Source: Lobosporangium transversale (lineage: Eukaryota). From it: a DNA stretch of 64,000 nucleotides. Within the stretch, counting starts at the first letter, position 1, and every line of letters begins with the position of its first letter. The notes below the pieces were generated by a model that had not been told where the DNA came from, did no database searches, and saw only the letters and a list, made by a program, of their open reading frames with translations. The position numbers and the translations under genes are program-made. Location: the NCBI RefSeq assembly GCF_002105155.1, contig NW_019028990.1:124001-188000 (forward strand). Reading direction: 5' to 3'. Positions 38,048 through 52,376 of the stretch are shown piece after piece.

Positions 38048-38336
38048 CCTTACCACCATTTTTGTTCGCTATTTCTAATTCGCAAATATAGGTGCTGAGA
38101 AGGCTGCTAGTGTTCTTGGAACAGTATATACCATGTCAAGTCCAGCACTCATGCTAGGAACATTGGTCTGTGGTGAATTACTGGAAATGACACGTCCTCA
38201 TATTTCCTACTTGCCCTTGATGGTATTTGTTGGCGCTTTGTTTGGAGTAGCTGGCATCTTTGCCACTGCTTGGGTGATTCTAGTACAACGCGTAGAGCGG
38301 AGACGTAAGCCAAAGCAGGAACCAGGCACCATCTAA
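35911..38336 (+). CDS. MFS monocarboxylate-permease-like (MCH/SLC16) transporter, multi-exon
   Basis: DGGWRAWCVVLASF, YGVFQQEY, WHLFLSQGLLFGIG, HWFNKRRGLALGIGASGSGLGG, GVVADRI. Multiple TM segments across GT-AG introns. Confidence 0.9.
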
Positions 38337-38591
38337 ATGGAAATGGTAAAAATTATCACAACAATAAAATCTAGTTATTTTTTATTTTTTTTTTATTTTT
38401 ACTTTTAAATTGGGTTATTTATGTACATTAATTTCTTCATTATGGAAGCAAGATAGCATGATAAATGTATAAAATAATGGTGATGATGAGAACGACAATG
38501 ATAATGATATAATGATAACGATAATATAGGCGACATCTGCCAATAAATAAATAAAATAATGATAAATAAATAATAATTATAGTGCTTTTCT

Positions 38592-41500
38592 TTATAGTCC
38601 GAATGGACTATTGTTGCTCATATTGGCATACATTCTCATAGCCTCACGCTCCTTCTCTAGTTGTTGTACAGACTTGACTGGGAGCATCGTCTGCTTCAAC
38701 GGCTCAACGCCCTCTGCCAACCGCAGTTCCTTCACTTGAACATGTCCATTCATATGGTGATGCATGGCCCCATTCAAAGCATTGCCATGATGGTTGTTGT
38801 GGTTGTTATTGCCCTTGAGAGAATTGTCGCTGTTGCTGCGAAGTCCGTTCATACGTATAATACCAGGGGCTCCTCCTGCACCACCAATAAGCGATGGTGC
38901 AAAACCATTACTCCCATTCACGGCGTTGCCCCCCATATGACCATTGTTATTAGTACTGCTGTTGATAATACTGTTGTTATTGAGATTGTTGTTAATGTTA
39001 TTGTTGTTATTGTTAATGATGCTGTTATTAGTGAGAATATTGTTATTGTTATTGTTGGTATTGTTGCCGTGGTGGCCGTGGTTATTATTGTTGTGATAAT
39101 CCGGATCTTGAAGTGGAACTCCAGCGCTTTCCAAAAATTCAATCGCCACCTGTGTCTGATCAATTGTCTTCATATCAGGTGTCCTCTGAACACGGAAGAC
39201 ACAATCCTGCGCCAACTGAATTCTTCGAAGTTTACCCTCCTTGCCCTGCCAGTCTGACAACAAGTTCTTGAATAAGGGCTTCGAATTCTTTTCAGGGCCA
39301 TCAGCTTTCGAGCACAGCTCATTTGCCTTTTTGATCGTCTCAGGCGCAGAAGACATCAAATCGTTCTCAAGCAAAAACCATGCACTCATCACTCTCAAAT
39401 ACTCTGCTGCTACACATAATGCGTTCCTCTTGTTGCTGTTCTTGATGCTTGGGTCTGCCCCATAGAGCAGCAACATCTGCACAAGCTCCTCATTATCCAT
39501 CCTCTCCAATACCAGATGCAGTGGTGTTGACTTTTTAGAATCTTGGGCATTGACATCAGCGCCCTTCTTCAGTAGAAGCTCGATAACCGGTGCAGGTTCC
39601 TTGCAATGCTGGATTGCGTAATGCAAAGGTGTTCGCTGCTGCTGATGATCCACAACTTTAATCTGTGCTCCAAACTTGAAGAGAACTCTCATACTCTCCA
39701 ACAACACTTTGGTTGATGCTATGTGTGAATTCTGAAGCAGTGCCATAAGTGGTGTACGCTTCTTGCCATCTCGACTGTTACAATCTGCACCAGCCTTCGT
39801 CAAGAAAACAATAGCTTCTGTCGGATTTGGGTATTGTTCGCAGACCAAATGAAGGACTGTGATCCCATTATGATCACCTCGATCAAGTGCAGCTCCATAC
39901 TTGACCAAAAGCTTCATGGCCTCAAGGGCATGTTTGGAGCGGGCTGCCACCAGAAGCACTGTCGGATATGGCCAGAACCCAACCTTCTCGTCGATCAGAG
40001 AAGGATGAACCTTTATCAGTCTCTCCATAGTCTCGAGATCACCCTGTGTGATGGCTGCGAAAAAATCAGTGGGCTCATCTACGTTTAAATCCTTGTATGG
40101 ATCTGACAGGCTGTAAAAGTTATCGAATTGGAAGCGCGGTTTGGCTGCTGTCTGAGAGCAAGGTGGTGTCGCTTCCTTGTGTATTGATCGCTGATCTAGA
40201 GCATTTTCTTCCGATCCAGATTGTGAAAAGCCTAATCGGGAACCAGACGTAGTGCATGTTAATAGATATTACAAAAAAAAAAAAAGCTCACTAATGCATT
40301 CCTGACCCTTGAATTCGTCCCAGTCTTTCCTTAGTAACATACCTAATCCATCCAGCTCTCTAAGAGTAGCGTCCGGAGATCTATTGCCATGTGCTGAAAA
40401 AGAAGTGTTTTATATGACCAATAAGTCTAAATGGCAAGAATAGTTTCTACTAAAAAATATATATACATATATTTTTACAAAGGCTTACCTTTAGGGTCTC
40501 GTGATTTGGTGAGACCTGCACGAATGGTTTCTACCACAGGGAAGAGTCCTTGAGCAGGGCGAGGCGATGCAGTGGTCCCTGCAGCTGTGAGTAAAGGACT
40601 ACCGTTTACGGCACGGTTGTTTGGTGTGGATGCTCCACTTTCCGATGACGTCGTCATCTTGTTCACATCAATAGGACGACTATTCCGGGGATCAGTGTCT
40701 CGACGTGATAAATCTGGACTCGCTGGGCAATTCGTAACAGATGTCTGGCCAGCACCAGCTGCTGGAGGACCAGTGCCAAAGGAAGGTGGTGGCGAAGGCA
40801 GCATCGTGGGACTTTGTTCCACACGCTTGCCAAACATATGAGGATCCATAGGAGCCACAACCGGGAATCCCATTGGAACGGGACGAGGAGGCGTTGGACG
40901 AGGCTCTGGAGAAGAAGACCTCGATGACTCGGAATCCTTTTTCTCGGCAGCAGCAACAGCAGCTATGGCTGCCTGTTTCTTATCCTGAGCCGATTTTGAT
41001 TTCGATGCCGAAGGAGTGTACGTAGTGGCAGGAACATACACAATGGGCGAGACAGGGTTCCTTGGAGGGGCTGAAGTAGGAGGAGCATTCATATAATTGC
41101 TTGGTGGAGGTCCAGCAGGCGGTTTTGGAATAGGATTTAGGGATGGTGATGGTGAGAGACTGGGTTTAATGGGAGGCGTACCGGGGGGAGGTGTACCTGG
41201 TGGCGGCGGTGGTCCGGAAGGAGGTGAGATCGTCTTTGATGAATAGCTAGGCGGCAAAGGTACTTGGTTCCGTGCATTAGGTGGGGATATCACCTTTGGA
41301 CGGCCTGATGGTGGCGATACCACACGTGGGTTATTGGCATGACCTGTGCTAGTAGGTGGTGGCGGTGGTGCGCCAGGGGGTGGTGGAGAGATCGTTGAAA
41401 TCTTCTTCATCGTCCCTAGGTTCAACTTACTGACAACAGAGGCCATAGGAATACCGTTAGCAAGAGCCAGTGATGCTGTTTCTGGCAGTGCTCCATTGTT

Positions 41501-43543
41501 GGGCTCCGCTGGCACTGTTGCCAGAATTGGAAGGTTATTATGCGCTGCAGTTAGAGCAAGTTCTTTGAATGCTGGGAGAGGTGGAAGGAGTTGAGGAGCA
41601 GTCGAGTCATCACCATGCTCGGAGGTCGATGTACTTCCGGTCAATTTAGCTTCATCTTGTGGCACCCCTGAATTAATATTCACATCGTTGTGCACGGTAG
41701 TGACTGTTGGGCTATCAGGAAGCGTTGCAGGTAGAGCACGTCTGTTTGGCGAGCCAAGTTTGTCTTCACTGACGTTCTGTCCTTGTTCTGGTGGCTGCCC
41801 TGGCCGTACATCATTTTCTCGCCTCTCGCCCATAAAAGATACGCGAGTTCCTGCACGATCTTGGTTTGCTGCTGCCAATCCCTGGGCAATTGAAGGAAGG
41901 ACTCCTGGCCTCTGCAAAGGTGGTGAGGAAGGCCGTGAAATTTCTGGTGAGGATGGGGGTGCCGCCTCATTTTCATACGGGAAAGGTGTACCCGGTGCAA
42001 CCATCGATTCACTCGACAGAGGTCGTGGAGGTCGAGGTGAGAGAGATGCTGGTCGAGGGTTGAGCTGCTCTGCTGCTAATAACTCTACTAGCTCGGAGAG
42101 AACGATATCCATAGTAGGTCTGTTTTGTGGCAATCCATCCCAGCACCGTCGGTAGAGCATCTCATATTCAACTGCTGTCCCTGGCACTGACTTTTCGCGG
42201 ACTCCTGCAATGATGTTAACGGCCAGCATCACATCCTGCAATTGTGCCTCGAATGGAATAACACAGCTCGACAGTTCCCAAAAGATAACGCCTAAACTGT
42301 AGATGTCGCACTTTGCGTTGTAGGTGTATGTTGGATTTTGCATGCGCTCGGGCGCCACATATGGAACGACACCAAAAAGTCCAGCTTTGGTGGTATAAAT
42401 GGTCTTATTCACAGATTTGCTCAGTCCGAAATCCGTGATCAATGCTTTTCCATGGGTGTCAATAAGGATATTACGTGAGTGTAAGTCTGTGTGAAAGATG
42501 TTTTCACGATGAATGAAGTCCAGGCCGCTGGAGATCTCCCAGGCCAGCCGATATTTCGTGAGCCATGTAATAGTGATATTTCGTGTCTCAAGAAAATCCT
42601 GTAGACATCCATTCTCTGCAAACTGCATGACAATGCAAGTGTCGTGTGTAAGCGGGTGTTTAGTGATGCCGAAAAACTTGACGATGTAATTGGAGTCGTG
42701 CACTTGCTTATGCATTTTGAGCTAAAAATTGTTTCATGTTTAACAAGGTGGATGGAAAAAAAAGGCACAGAGTTACTGGTTAGTAGCGCATAGTTAAAGC
42801 TGCATCTACCTAATATCTTTTGTCACTAGAATGAACTCGATGCTCTTTCTAAAGAGCTCACGATATGTTTCTATATTCATCTATCCATCCGAATTTTTTT
42901 TTTTTTGGCGGAAGCATCGGACTGGCGCACAATTTTGTGGATTATCTATCCTTTCAGCCTAAATTAACTCAACCGCTTCGTCCCTGCCGCTCTTGTTTGT
43001 GTATTTCTCACAATCACGCATATGTAAACAGATATAAGACAAGCAGATAGATAGAATCAAAGAGAGAGAGATTGAAAGACAGAAGAAGTTTGTGGGTATG
43101 GATATGTTGGGCTATATGTGGTTGCTGCAGGCTGCTTTCGTCTTGAGCTGATTTAAAAGACCATGCTTTGTGAATGTGTGAGGGATGTTTAAAGATATAT
43201 TATTATATCCAAGAGTACAATGAGCAATGAATGAGATGATGGGAAAGGTATTAATAGATGGAAAGGAATATGTCTATTCAATTACCTCCTTGATGAGATC
43301 ATTGGTATTGTGTTGTTCCTTGATGGCGACATGCATGTTTCTCCAAGCGCCTAGATGGATCGTTCCTGAGCCTCCTTTGGCTACATTGTACTTGACCTTG
43401 CTGATCTCTGAGAAAGGGATCATGCGTACATGCTTGTCCTTGACTGCATTCCTGAGCCATTCTTCTGCACGTGTATTCTTCTTCACCTGCGCACTTTGCG
43501 TCCTCTCCGTTCTATCGGTCCTATCGGTCTTGTCGTTGGCCAT
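38592..43543 (-). CDS. TKL-type protein kinase with proline-rich linker and C-terminal ankyrin repeats, multi-exon
   Basis: GGSGTI, VAIK, HTDLHSRNIL, DFG, YVAPE, DIYSLG. Exons near 40394-40343 and 40231-38592 link in frame to ankyrin repeats (GITVLHL, RTPLM, RTPLHYA, STPLHL). Confidence 0.85.
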
Positions 43544-44027
43544 TCGTAATTTATTGTGCACTTCTCACTCTGTTTACTGAATGTTGGCTCTGGAAGTGAG
43601 TGAGTGTGCTTTTTGTAATAGCACTCTGGCTATGATGAAATATGAGAAATATGCCTGATTATTTTCGATATACTGAAAAGAAAAAGTAAAGAGAGAAGAA
43701 AAACAGAGATGGGAAGGTGGATAAATGTGTCGAGTTTGGAAAGCACAGCTATTTTTTCTTGTCTGTCCGTCCCTTGGCACTATTTTTTTTTTTTTTTTTT
43801 TTTGGTCGTTGTAAGGAATGTGAAAATGAATCCTATTAGTTGATGCGTTTGCTCTGGTTGGGAGTAGAATTTGTAGCGAATGAAATGATGAATGAATGAA
43901 TGAATGAATGAATGAATGAATACGGAAAATAAAAATAAAAATAAGAATAAAATTAAATAAAAAAGTAATAATAAAAAAAGAGAAGAGAGTGAGATGATGA
44001 GACGAGCAAGGAAGAATGTGTGAATGT

Positions 44028-44058
<31 letters not shown>

Positions 44059-46451
44059 AGAAGCCCTATTTGCCAGCTGAAATGGTGGGCAATAATAGGA
44101 CTGTGTATGGGCGGATGAACAAATTTACAAGAATATAAAATTTAATGTTCAAACGGCACAAAAGTGGAATGAGAAAAGCAAATGTGAAAAATAATGTAAT
44201 ATGTAATTTGGGTGTTGATCAAATAGGCCAATTGCCCTTTGTTTATTATGATTACTCTTGTGATATTACATGTTAGACCGTATTCACAACCGAAACTTGA
44301 TCATTTATGAGTTACCATTACGTGAGAAGGAAACAACGTGTATTTATTGGACATACAACCAGTGAAATTAATAAAGGGTCAAGATATGTGCGATATCGGG
44401 GTAGGCAGGACAAGAAAAAAAGTTTTTTAAAAGTGAGCAGCGGAGATGGGCCAGGGGAGTAATCAATGAAGAAAAACAATAAGGATCCAGGCGTTTGTCC
44501 TTCCAAACTTTTAAATTTGAATCAGATCTCGAGGAAGTAGCACTCACATCTGTATCACACAAACGGCATCATTGTTCATTTGCCCACCCATTCAGTGTGT
44601 CCAATATTCATACAATGCTTGGTGAAGATGACAAGTAACGCTCGTTCATTAACAAGGCAGAGAAGTGAGAAAAGCGAAGCGAGGATGAGGAACGAGGGCC
44701 ACCCTTTTTTCTTTTTTCTTTTTTTTTATTTTAAGCGACGATCGATCCATATTTTTCACCCAAGAGATCATCATCAGCATTTCCCTTTCTCTCTCTCTCT
44801 GTTGGCGTCCGACTAGGAATAACCAGACTTCTGTCTATCCTTTGATGCTCTATTTGATTGGCCTGATCGTATTGCATAAACAGCTTTTAATATCTAGCCT
44901 CTTTGCTTAACACATGCGTACAAACCGCAAACAAACCTTTCATGCATCTCTTTTGTTTGATGAAGTAACTTTCAATTTTGTACAAGATCTGCTCAAACTA
45001 TTTTATTAACCCACTGGATTGTTTGGATAAAAACATGGGGATTTCACGCCATAGTCTCTTCAACATCCACTGGAGGACCCTTCTATGTGTTTTGCATCCG
45101 CACTTTTGGTTACTTCAATAATGCAGTATGAATGCAATGGCAACACTTTGCATGCATTTCAGTTGTTCCGAGTTCCGCTGCTTGTGGACAGGGATAAAAC
45201 CTTTTGTTGTTTAAAATGAGGCACTGGGGTACTTGGGCCATACTTGGACAATCTGCACATGATTCATGTTGGCATTTTTTGGGGAGATCAATTCAGGTCT
45301 GTAATCACATCTACTTATCTATAAACCTGTCTCTATTTCCATGTGCGGATGGCGTTTTTCGTGTTTAATTGTCATTATTGAAGTTTTTCAAAATGAACTT
45401 CATTTTCTAGTTTGAGAGCCAATTGTCTTTTTTTTTTGTGTGTGGGTTTGTGTATTTTTATTGTTGATGTGTTCTCTATCCGTTGCTTTTTCTGCCCTCA
45501 TCGAAAAGGCACCCTCCGATGGGATTGATTCGTCTATATTTCTTCCTTTTCAACCATGAGCACTAGAGCTGCTACAGAGCTCCTTTATTGCTCCAACCAA
45601 TCATTAAATCTTTATCAATGCACATCATTAGTACGCCAAGTACACAACCGGCGTCAATCTTTTCTCTCTTCCCGTATTTTGTCAGTTGACGACTCCCCCC
45701 GTATGTAAGTAGAGTGAGGCTCATCAGCAGCAGCAGCAAAGAAAAAAAAAAGAGAGCGTAGAGTAATAGAAGAAAGAGGTTCAAAGGGAGACGAGCGCGT
45801 TCTTCTATGTCCTACCCTCTCTTAAGGTTCATCTCTGAATTTATCAGCCCAGTCAAGTAGCACTCAAACTTTTATTCTTATCGTATCAAAGTTACGCGAT
45901 TGTATAATTTGATCGTTAAGATTTTGACGCCCTCAACAAGTATCAGCAGTTATTCATGGTGGCTCATTTACCTTATTTTATTTCAAGTTCTAGAAACATG
46001 TCACTTTTCTTCTATGCTATTTATCTCTTTGAGGAATAGGTTCTGAATTGGTCTTTCAGCTGGCGTGTTTCTTTTATATAAGGTTTGTAAAAGATGATTG
46101 GCATGCGCGACTAGGAAAAGAGGATTGTTGTCACTAGCAACACAAAGAAGTAGTGGGTTGTCAGGCGCCATGGCAAAGTAAATTCATTCCAATGACTATT
46201 TAGCCAATGAAATCGCCCTTTCCAAACGGGGCGCGTCTTGATCAACTTCTGTATCCCTCCTTACTGCCAAATGTGGTCGATGACGACGCAGATCTCGACC
46301 CCCTTGATTTTCACTCAAGTAACTTTCCCCAACATGGTCATGAGCTTCTTTTTTTCCTTTTTTCATTCATTCACCATCTCATTCATCAATTCAACTACAC
46401 ATCTCTTTTCCTATTTTCCTTTTTGAACTTCACCTTACAAGAAAAAAAAAA

Positions 46452-47115
46452 ATGTCTTCGCAGGACCAACCCCATCTTCGCAACTGGATCAACGGCGAGT
46501 TTGTAGAGCCAGTGTCATCATCGTCTACAGAGTCTAGTAGCGGTGCGCAGACGCAGTATCTTCCTGTGACCAGTCCATTCGATGGCAAGGTCATTGGTCA
46601 TGTCCCCTTGTCGACAGCTGCAGATGTGGAAAAAGCGGTCGCAGCAGCCAAGGCAGCCTTTCCAGCTTGGTCTGCGCGAACAATAAAGGACCGTGCTGGG
46701 ATCCTAATCCGTTTCCACTCCTTGTTGACCAAACATGCTGAGGAACTGGCAGATATGGTGGTGCTCGAGCATGGTAAAAACAAGGCTGAGGCTTTGGCAA
46801 GTGTCTTGAAGGGACAGGAAACGGTTGAGTATGCATTGTCACTGCCTCAGGTCGCTCAAAGCAAAATGCTGGAGGTTTCCAGAGGCATCACTTGTTATGA
46901 TACCCGTGTTCGTAAGTGAAAATTTTGGGCTTGTGACATGTTACCAATGAAATTGATTGTAGTACACAAATTCATCGATGGCCATATAATTTAACTGCCC
47001 CTGTTTGTCTATGTTCCAACCATTAGCGATTGGAGTTGTTGCCTCCGTTGTGCCATTTAACTTCCCAATCATGGTGCCCATGTGGACATTGCCTATCGCC
47101 ATTGCTATGGGTACA

Positions 47116-47147
<32 letters not shown>

Positions 47148-47360
47148 GGCCAGAGAAAAGCGAACGTTGGAGACACAAGCTTCCATGATTCAACATCCTG
47201 ATGTTGTATTGCCATCACTATTTACTGCATAGGCAACACAATGGTTCTCAAGCCAAGTGAAAAGGTTCCTTTCACGATGAGCAAAGTAGTAGGATTGCTT
47301 AAAGAGGCAGGCGTGCCAAATGGTGTTGTCAATCTTGTTTATGGAACAGCTGACCGTAAG

Positions 47361-47396
<36 letters not shown>

Positions 47397-48502
47397 GTCT
47401 GATAGAGCCTCTGCTATCTGTTTTATTAATCGTTTCCTTGAATTCTACAGCTGTTAATGCCTTAATCGACCACCCAGATGTCAAAGCCGTAACCTTTGTT
47501 GGTACTTCGCATATTGCTGAGATGGTGGCACAGCGCTGTCACAAGCTGAACAAGCGCGTTCTGGCCCTTGGCGGCGCAAAGGTAGATTACATTACACGAA
47601 GCTTTTCTAGATTGAACAGTAAATATAATAATAATGAAGTGCATTTGATATTGATAATCTCCAGTCCTAACAACCTTTTAACTTTACAAAACTAAACTAG
47701 AATCATATGATCTCAGCCCCAGACTGCAATATCGAAATGACTTCCACCGATGTTGTTAATTCATTTAGTGGATGCAGCGGACAGCGATGCATGGCGGCAA
47801 CAGTCCTGCTCACCATTGGAAAACAGCAAGACTTGATTGATCGAATTGTAGCGAAAGCAGAGGCACTTTCCCCTGGCAGCTCGCCTGGCGAGGTAGGCCC
47901 TGTGATTGACCAAGCATCGGTTGATAAAATCACGCGCTATATCAACGAAGCCGAAGCCTCAGGTGCAAAAATCTTGGTTGATGGCCGGCCATGGGCCAAG
48001 AGAAATAAAGAGGGGTTCTGGGTTGGACCAACAGTCATTTTGCATACTAACAAGAATGATGCGGCCTTGCACGATGAGATATTTGGGCCCGTATTGTCCA
48101 TCCTGGCTGTAGAGAACGCAGAGGAGGCAATTGCCATTGAAAATGCAAACCCTTATGGTAATGCTGCATGTATCTACACAAGTTCCGGGGCGACTGCAGA
48201 CCATTTCATCAAGCGCTTTAGTGCTGGAATGTGTGGTGTCAAGTAAGTCAAGGGAGTTTTTTTTATCCTTTAGACAATCGTTCGTATTTATTAATATCCA
48301 AGGCTCTAATGAAACTGCTTTGCTTTGCTACAGTATTGGAGTTGCCGTTCCTAGGGAGCCATTTTCATTCGGAGGTTGGAACAAAAGTCGGTTCGGCAAT
48401 CACTGTGACATCACAGGCGATGGTGGTGTAGAGTTCTTCTCAACAAGAAGAAAGGTTACGACCAAATGGGTCCCTCAGGAGAACGCTTCTTGGATGAGCT
48501 AA
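46452..48502 (+). CDS. Methylmalonate-semialdehyde dehydrogenase (ALDH6 family), multi-exon
   Basis: [69 protein letters not shown]. Confidence 0.92.
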
Positions 48503-48832
48503 ACAAAAAAAAAAAAAAAAAAAAAACACAACCAAAAGAAGCTTGATGGGTCTTGATCCATGGTATAGAGTTTAGCTTCTGAACGTGAAATAAATAAAAT
48601 ATTAAGGTACCGATTGAAGCAAGGAAAACGCGAAAATACTCTGAAAATCAACATGACTGCTAGAAATCGCGTGGTCTCACAAAGGTTTACGGGGCATTTG
48701 TTTGTGATTTGTTTTTTGCCCTGGAAAAAAAAAAAAAAAAAAAAAAAAAACACGTCCCCGCCACTCTTCGCCCTATTCTTTACAAACTATTCGAAAGCTT
48801 GCCACCAATTCTTAACTCTCATCTCCACAGAA

Positions 48833-49563
48833 ATGTCAACTCGGAGGTCAAAACGAAGGCCTCGTAAGGCTATCAACATTAAGTGCGTCGTAAGGGAGTG
48901 GAAAAAAAAAAAAAAAAAAAGGAAGAGACCCTAATGCATTACATTGGGTGCATCTCTCTCCAAGTTGAAATTCAATGCTGAGGTACTACATTCTTTCTGT
49001 TTATATGCTGCGAGGTGCTAAATTCTGCTTTCTTTCTTTTTTTTTTTTTTTTTTTATTTCTTTAAAAAAAATTACTGATAGTAATGCGCATTATGTCGGA
49101 TATGTTGAAGAAAATGAGTCCATTGAGGCTATTATGAAGAAGTTTGAGGAGCTTGCGCGTATTGAGGAGGAGATTGCAAAATCCAAAGCCGCAGCTTCAT
49201 CTAGCAATCCAAAGAATGACAATGAGGCATCAGGATCGAGTCCAGGGCCAGGATTAGGGGCGGATCCAGACTCGGGATCGGGATCAGGATCGGGATCAGG
49301 ATCGGGATTAAGAAGCGGACCATTCGAGGCTGACGGAGAAGTGATCTTTGGGGTAGAAAAAAAGCAAAATACTCCTAATGAAGACCAAGGATTTACAGAT
49401 GAACAACTCCAGGAGATCTTTAGAAGGACTTCAGGTTTTACAGTCAGATCAATGCTTAGAGATACACCCGATGATATTTATGAGGAGGACTTGTGGCAGG
49501 CAAGCATTGCAGATGAAGATTACCTTTATGACTTTGAGGAGGAAGAGTAAGTCAGAATCTTTG

Positions 49564-49599
<36 letters not shown>

Positions 49600-50110
49600 T
49601 TTCCCAGAACATATTACGAGGCCTAATAGGATCCCTTGATTTCTTTTTTTTTTTTTCTCTCAACTTATTAACACGATTTTCTCCTGGCCTATCTCCTTCT
49701 CTACTTTATGACATGTTAGCGATTACTTGATGGCTATGGACGATGCCTTCTGGGATGAAGAAATGAAGACATCAAAGAAACGTGGCCGTAAAGAGAAGGA
49801 GCCCCGACCGCCTAAAGCGCCCAAAGAACCCAAGATCAGGGGAGTAGGAGAGAAGAGGAGGCTTCAAGGAGCGGACCGGGAGTCGATTCTACAAAGGTAC
49901 AAAGTTATGCAAGTCCGTCTGCAGGACCGAAATGGAGTGTTTTATACCGTAAAGAAAAAAGTCTTGACTATGGACCCTAGTCTACCAACCTATGTGCGCA
50001 TTCCACCTGTCCCTATACCTCGATCATGGATCCATCCTATCAAGACGCTGGAAAAGCAGGCGCAGCTACAGAATAATATTCCTGGTTCGCGGTAAGTTTT
50101 ATTATTATTA

Positions 50111-50157
<47 letters not shown>

Positions 50158-51082
50158 TTTGGAAGCAAATATTTATTTCTACCTTTCTCTCCCTGTATAT
50201 TCGCCAATCAAGGTACGAAGAAACGACAAATATTCTAGAAATGGACTTGACGCGATTCGGGACTGACTTCCAAGCTATTTACATGGATCCACCGCTTTTG
50301 CGTAAAGGAGAAGAGGCAGGACCCAACAAGATTACAATGGAACAACTGGGTGCCATCAATATTAACGCGATCCTACCCAGGGGATTTCTGTTTGTGTGGT
50401 TGGAAAAGGAATTTTTACCGGAGATGGTTCGTATGGCTGAAAAGTGGGAGATGCGGTATGTGGAGAATTTCTGTTGGATCAAACGAAATGTGAACAATCA
50501 GATCGTACGCGACAAATCGCCCTATTTCAACTCATCCAAATTATCTCTGTTGATTTTCCGCAAAGTAAGGAATGGAATCAAATATCCAAGCGATAGGTTT
50601 CTGCTTTTATTTTTATTTTATTTTATTTTTTTAACTTTTCGAGCGGCTTTAATACTTTAAATGGACTTTTAGGAGGCTGATGTGGACATTAGACATCAAA
50701 GAAGTCCGGATTGCGTGTTTGATTTCGTCAAACCCAGTGATCCAACAGAGCTCTCAGAAGAAAAACCAGTGTTCATGTATGAGCTTATTGAAACTCTATT
50801 GCCTCAGGCCGTCTATTCAGAGAGTAATCCCAATGGCGAGCGGATGCTAGAACTGTAAGTTTTTTACTTTACAAACATGATGACTCCAATCGATTGAGAC
50901 CAAAGACCTTTTTTTTTTTTTATACATCTATATTTTTGCTTCTAACTTTTTATTTTTTATTTTCATTTTTTTTATACATGTATATATATTTTATTCCTAC
51001 TTTTCTTTTTTGTTCATACAGCTGGGCCCGGAAAGGAACAAAACGTAAAGGTTGGACTTCGATCTGTCAATTGAAGGTATAA
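48833..51082 (+). CDS. MT-A70 family protein, MTA9/AMT6-7-like (DNA 6mA methyltransferase complex subunit), multi-exon
   Basis: FQAIYMDPPL, GFLFVWLEKE, YVENFCWIK, IRHQRSPDCVFD, EEKP.FMYELIETLLP, MLELWAR…RKGW. Subclade assigned from motif memory. Confidence 0.8.
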
Positions 51083-51247
51083 AGTAGATGTTTAATGTAA
51101 TACAAAATAAAAGAAAATAAAAGAAATAAAATACAAGAAATGAAACAAAAAATACATATTTGTTTGGACAGAATATGTTATGCAACGCCCGATTGAAATA
51201 CAAACCCCAAATCGTCCGTGCTTCATTCTTACTGGAATTGATTTATT

Positions 51248-52242
51248 TCAGAAACGCAATTTCGTGTTTTCAAACAGAAAATAGAGAGCACATATGACTA
51301 GACTGATGATGCTATTGATTAGGTTCAGCTGAACGATGCAGTAAACAAGAGCGGTGATGACACCAGGTGCGCGTCTCATGATCCCAAGTGTGGGAGATTT
51401 GGCAACAAGTGTTGTTTTCAAAAAATAGCAACCACATATGGTTGCGGCTAAGAACATGATCGCCTGAACCATTTGGTTCCCCTTTTTCCTATTGGAAAAA
51501 TAAACCATGACGAGGATTGCTTGGTGGAAGAAAAAAAAAATAAATAAATAAAAAGAAGGAAAGAAAAACAATAGAGTTAGCTTCTTTAGCAGCACATTAA
51601 ATTTTGTTGTCTTTTAATCGAGGTCTTCATTCATTGTTCTTATTACTGTTATTATTATTAATCCCATTTTTCCGATAGCGAATAAGGAAAATGTGCGAAC
51701 GAGCGACATTAGATTAGTAAACAGGCTGTTTCATTATAAATTTTTTTTTTTTTTTTTTTTTTTTTTTACCTGGAAAAATTCTTAGGATTTTTTGAATAAT
51801 CATCTCCGTTGTATACTCCTCGTCTAACTGCCGGTGGACAAGGAAATCCATGACAATAAAGAGACAAACAGAGGTGATGGAAAAGAGGATGCCCTCAAGG
51901 ATGTAGTCCTGTTCAGAATCCTCGCTGGCTTCTTCTTCCCGACCATCGTATGTCAGATTCGTAGTTGTAGTGTTAGCCTCGATCTTGTTTAAGAGCTTAT
52001 TGTTATCAAGCTTGCCTGCGATGTCTTTATTGGGCGTTTTCTGTAATATCGCCGCCTTTTCGATTAGGCGCCACTTATCCTCATCTAACAGAAAGGAAAC
52101 AGGTGAAAGTTATATATATTTGTGTGTGTGTGTGAGATACGAGTCTTTGTTTTTTCGTCCAGGGTCTTTTTTACGCAATTATCTTTTTTTGAAGTGGTCT
52201 ACCATTAATTTTACTCTCAAAACGGATGGTTTTTTGACTCAT
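51248..52242 (-). CDS. Conserved fungal-type small multi-pass membrane protein (5' end uncertain)
   Basis: Exons ~52085-51770 (EDKWRLIEKA…MDFLVHRQL…RIFP) and ~51520-51248 (AILVMVYF…GIMRRAPG…) with several TM segments. The first exon is not resolved. Confidence 0.65.
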
Positions 52243-52342
52243 ACTGCTATCTTGTTGTTGTATTGTGGATTTTAGAAGCGTCGGATTCTTTTGTTAGAAT
52301 TTGAGCTGGAATGAGCTGAAATGAATTGACAAGAATGAAGAG

Positions 52343-52376
<34 letters not shown>

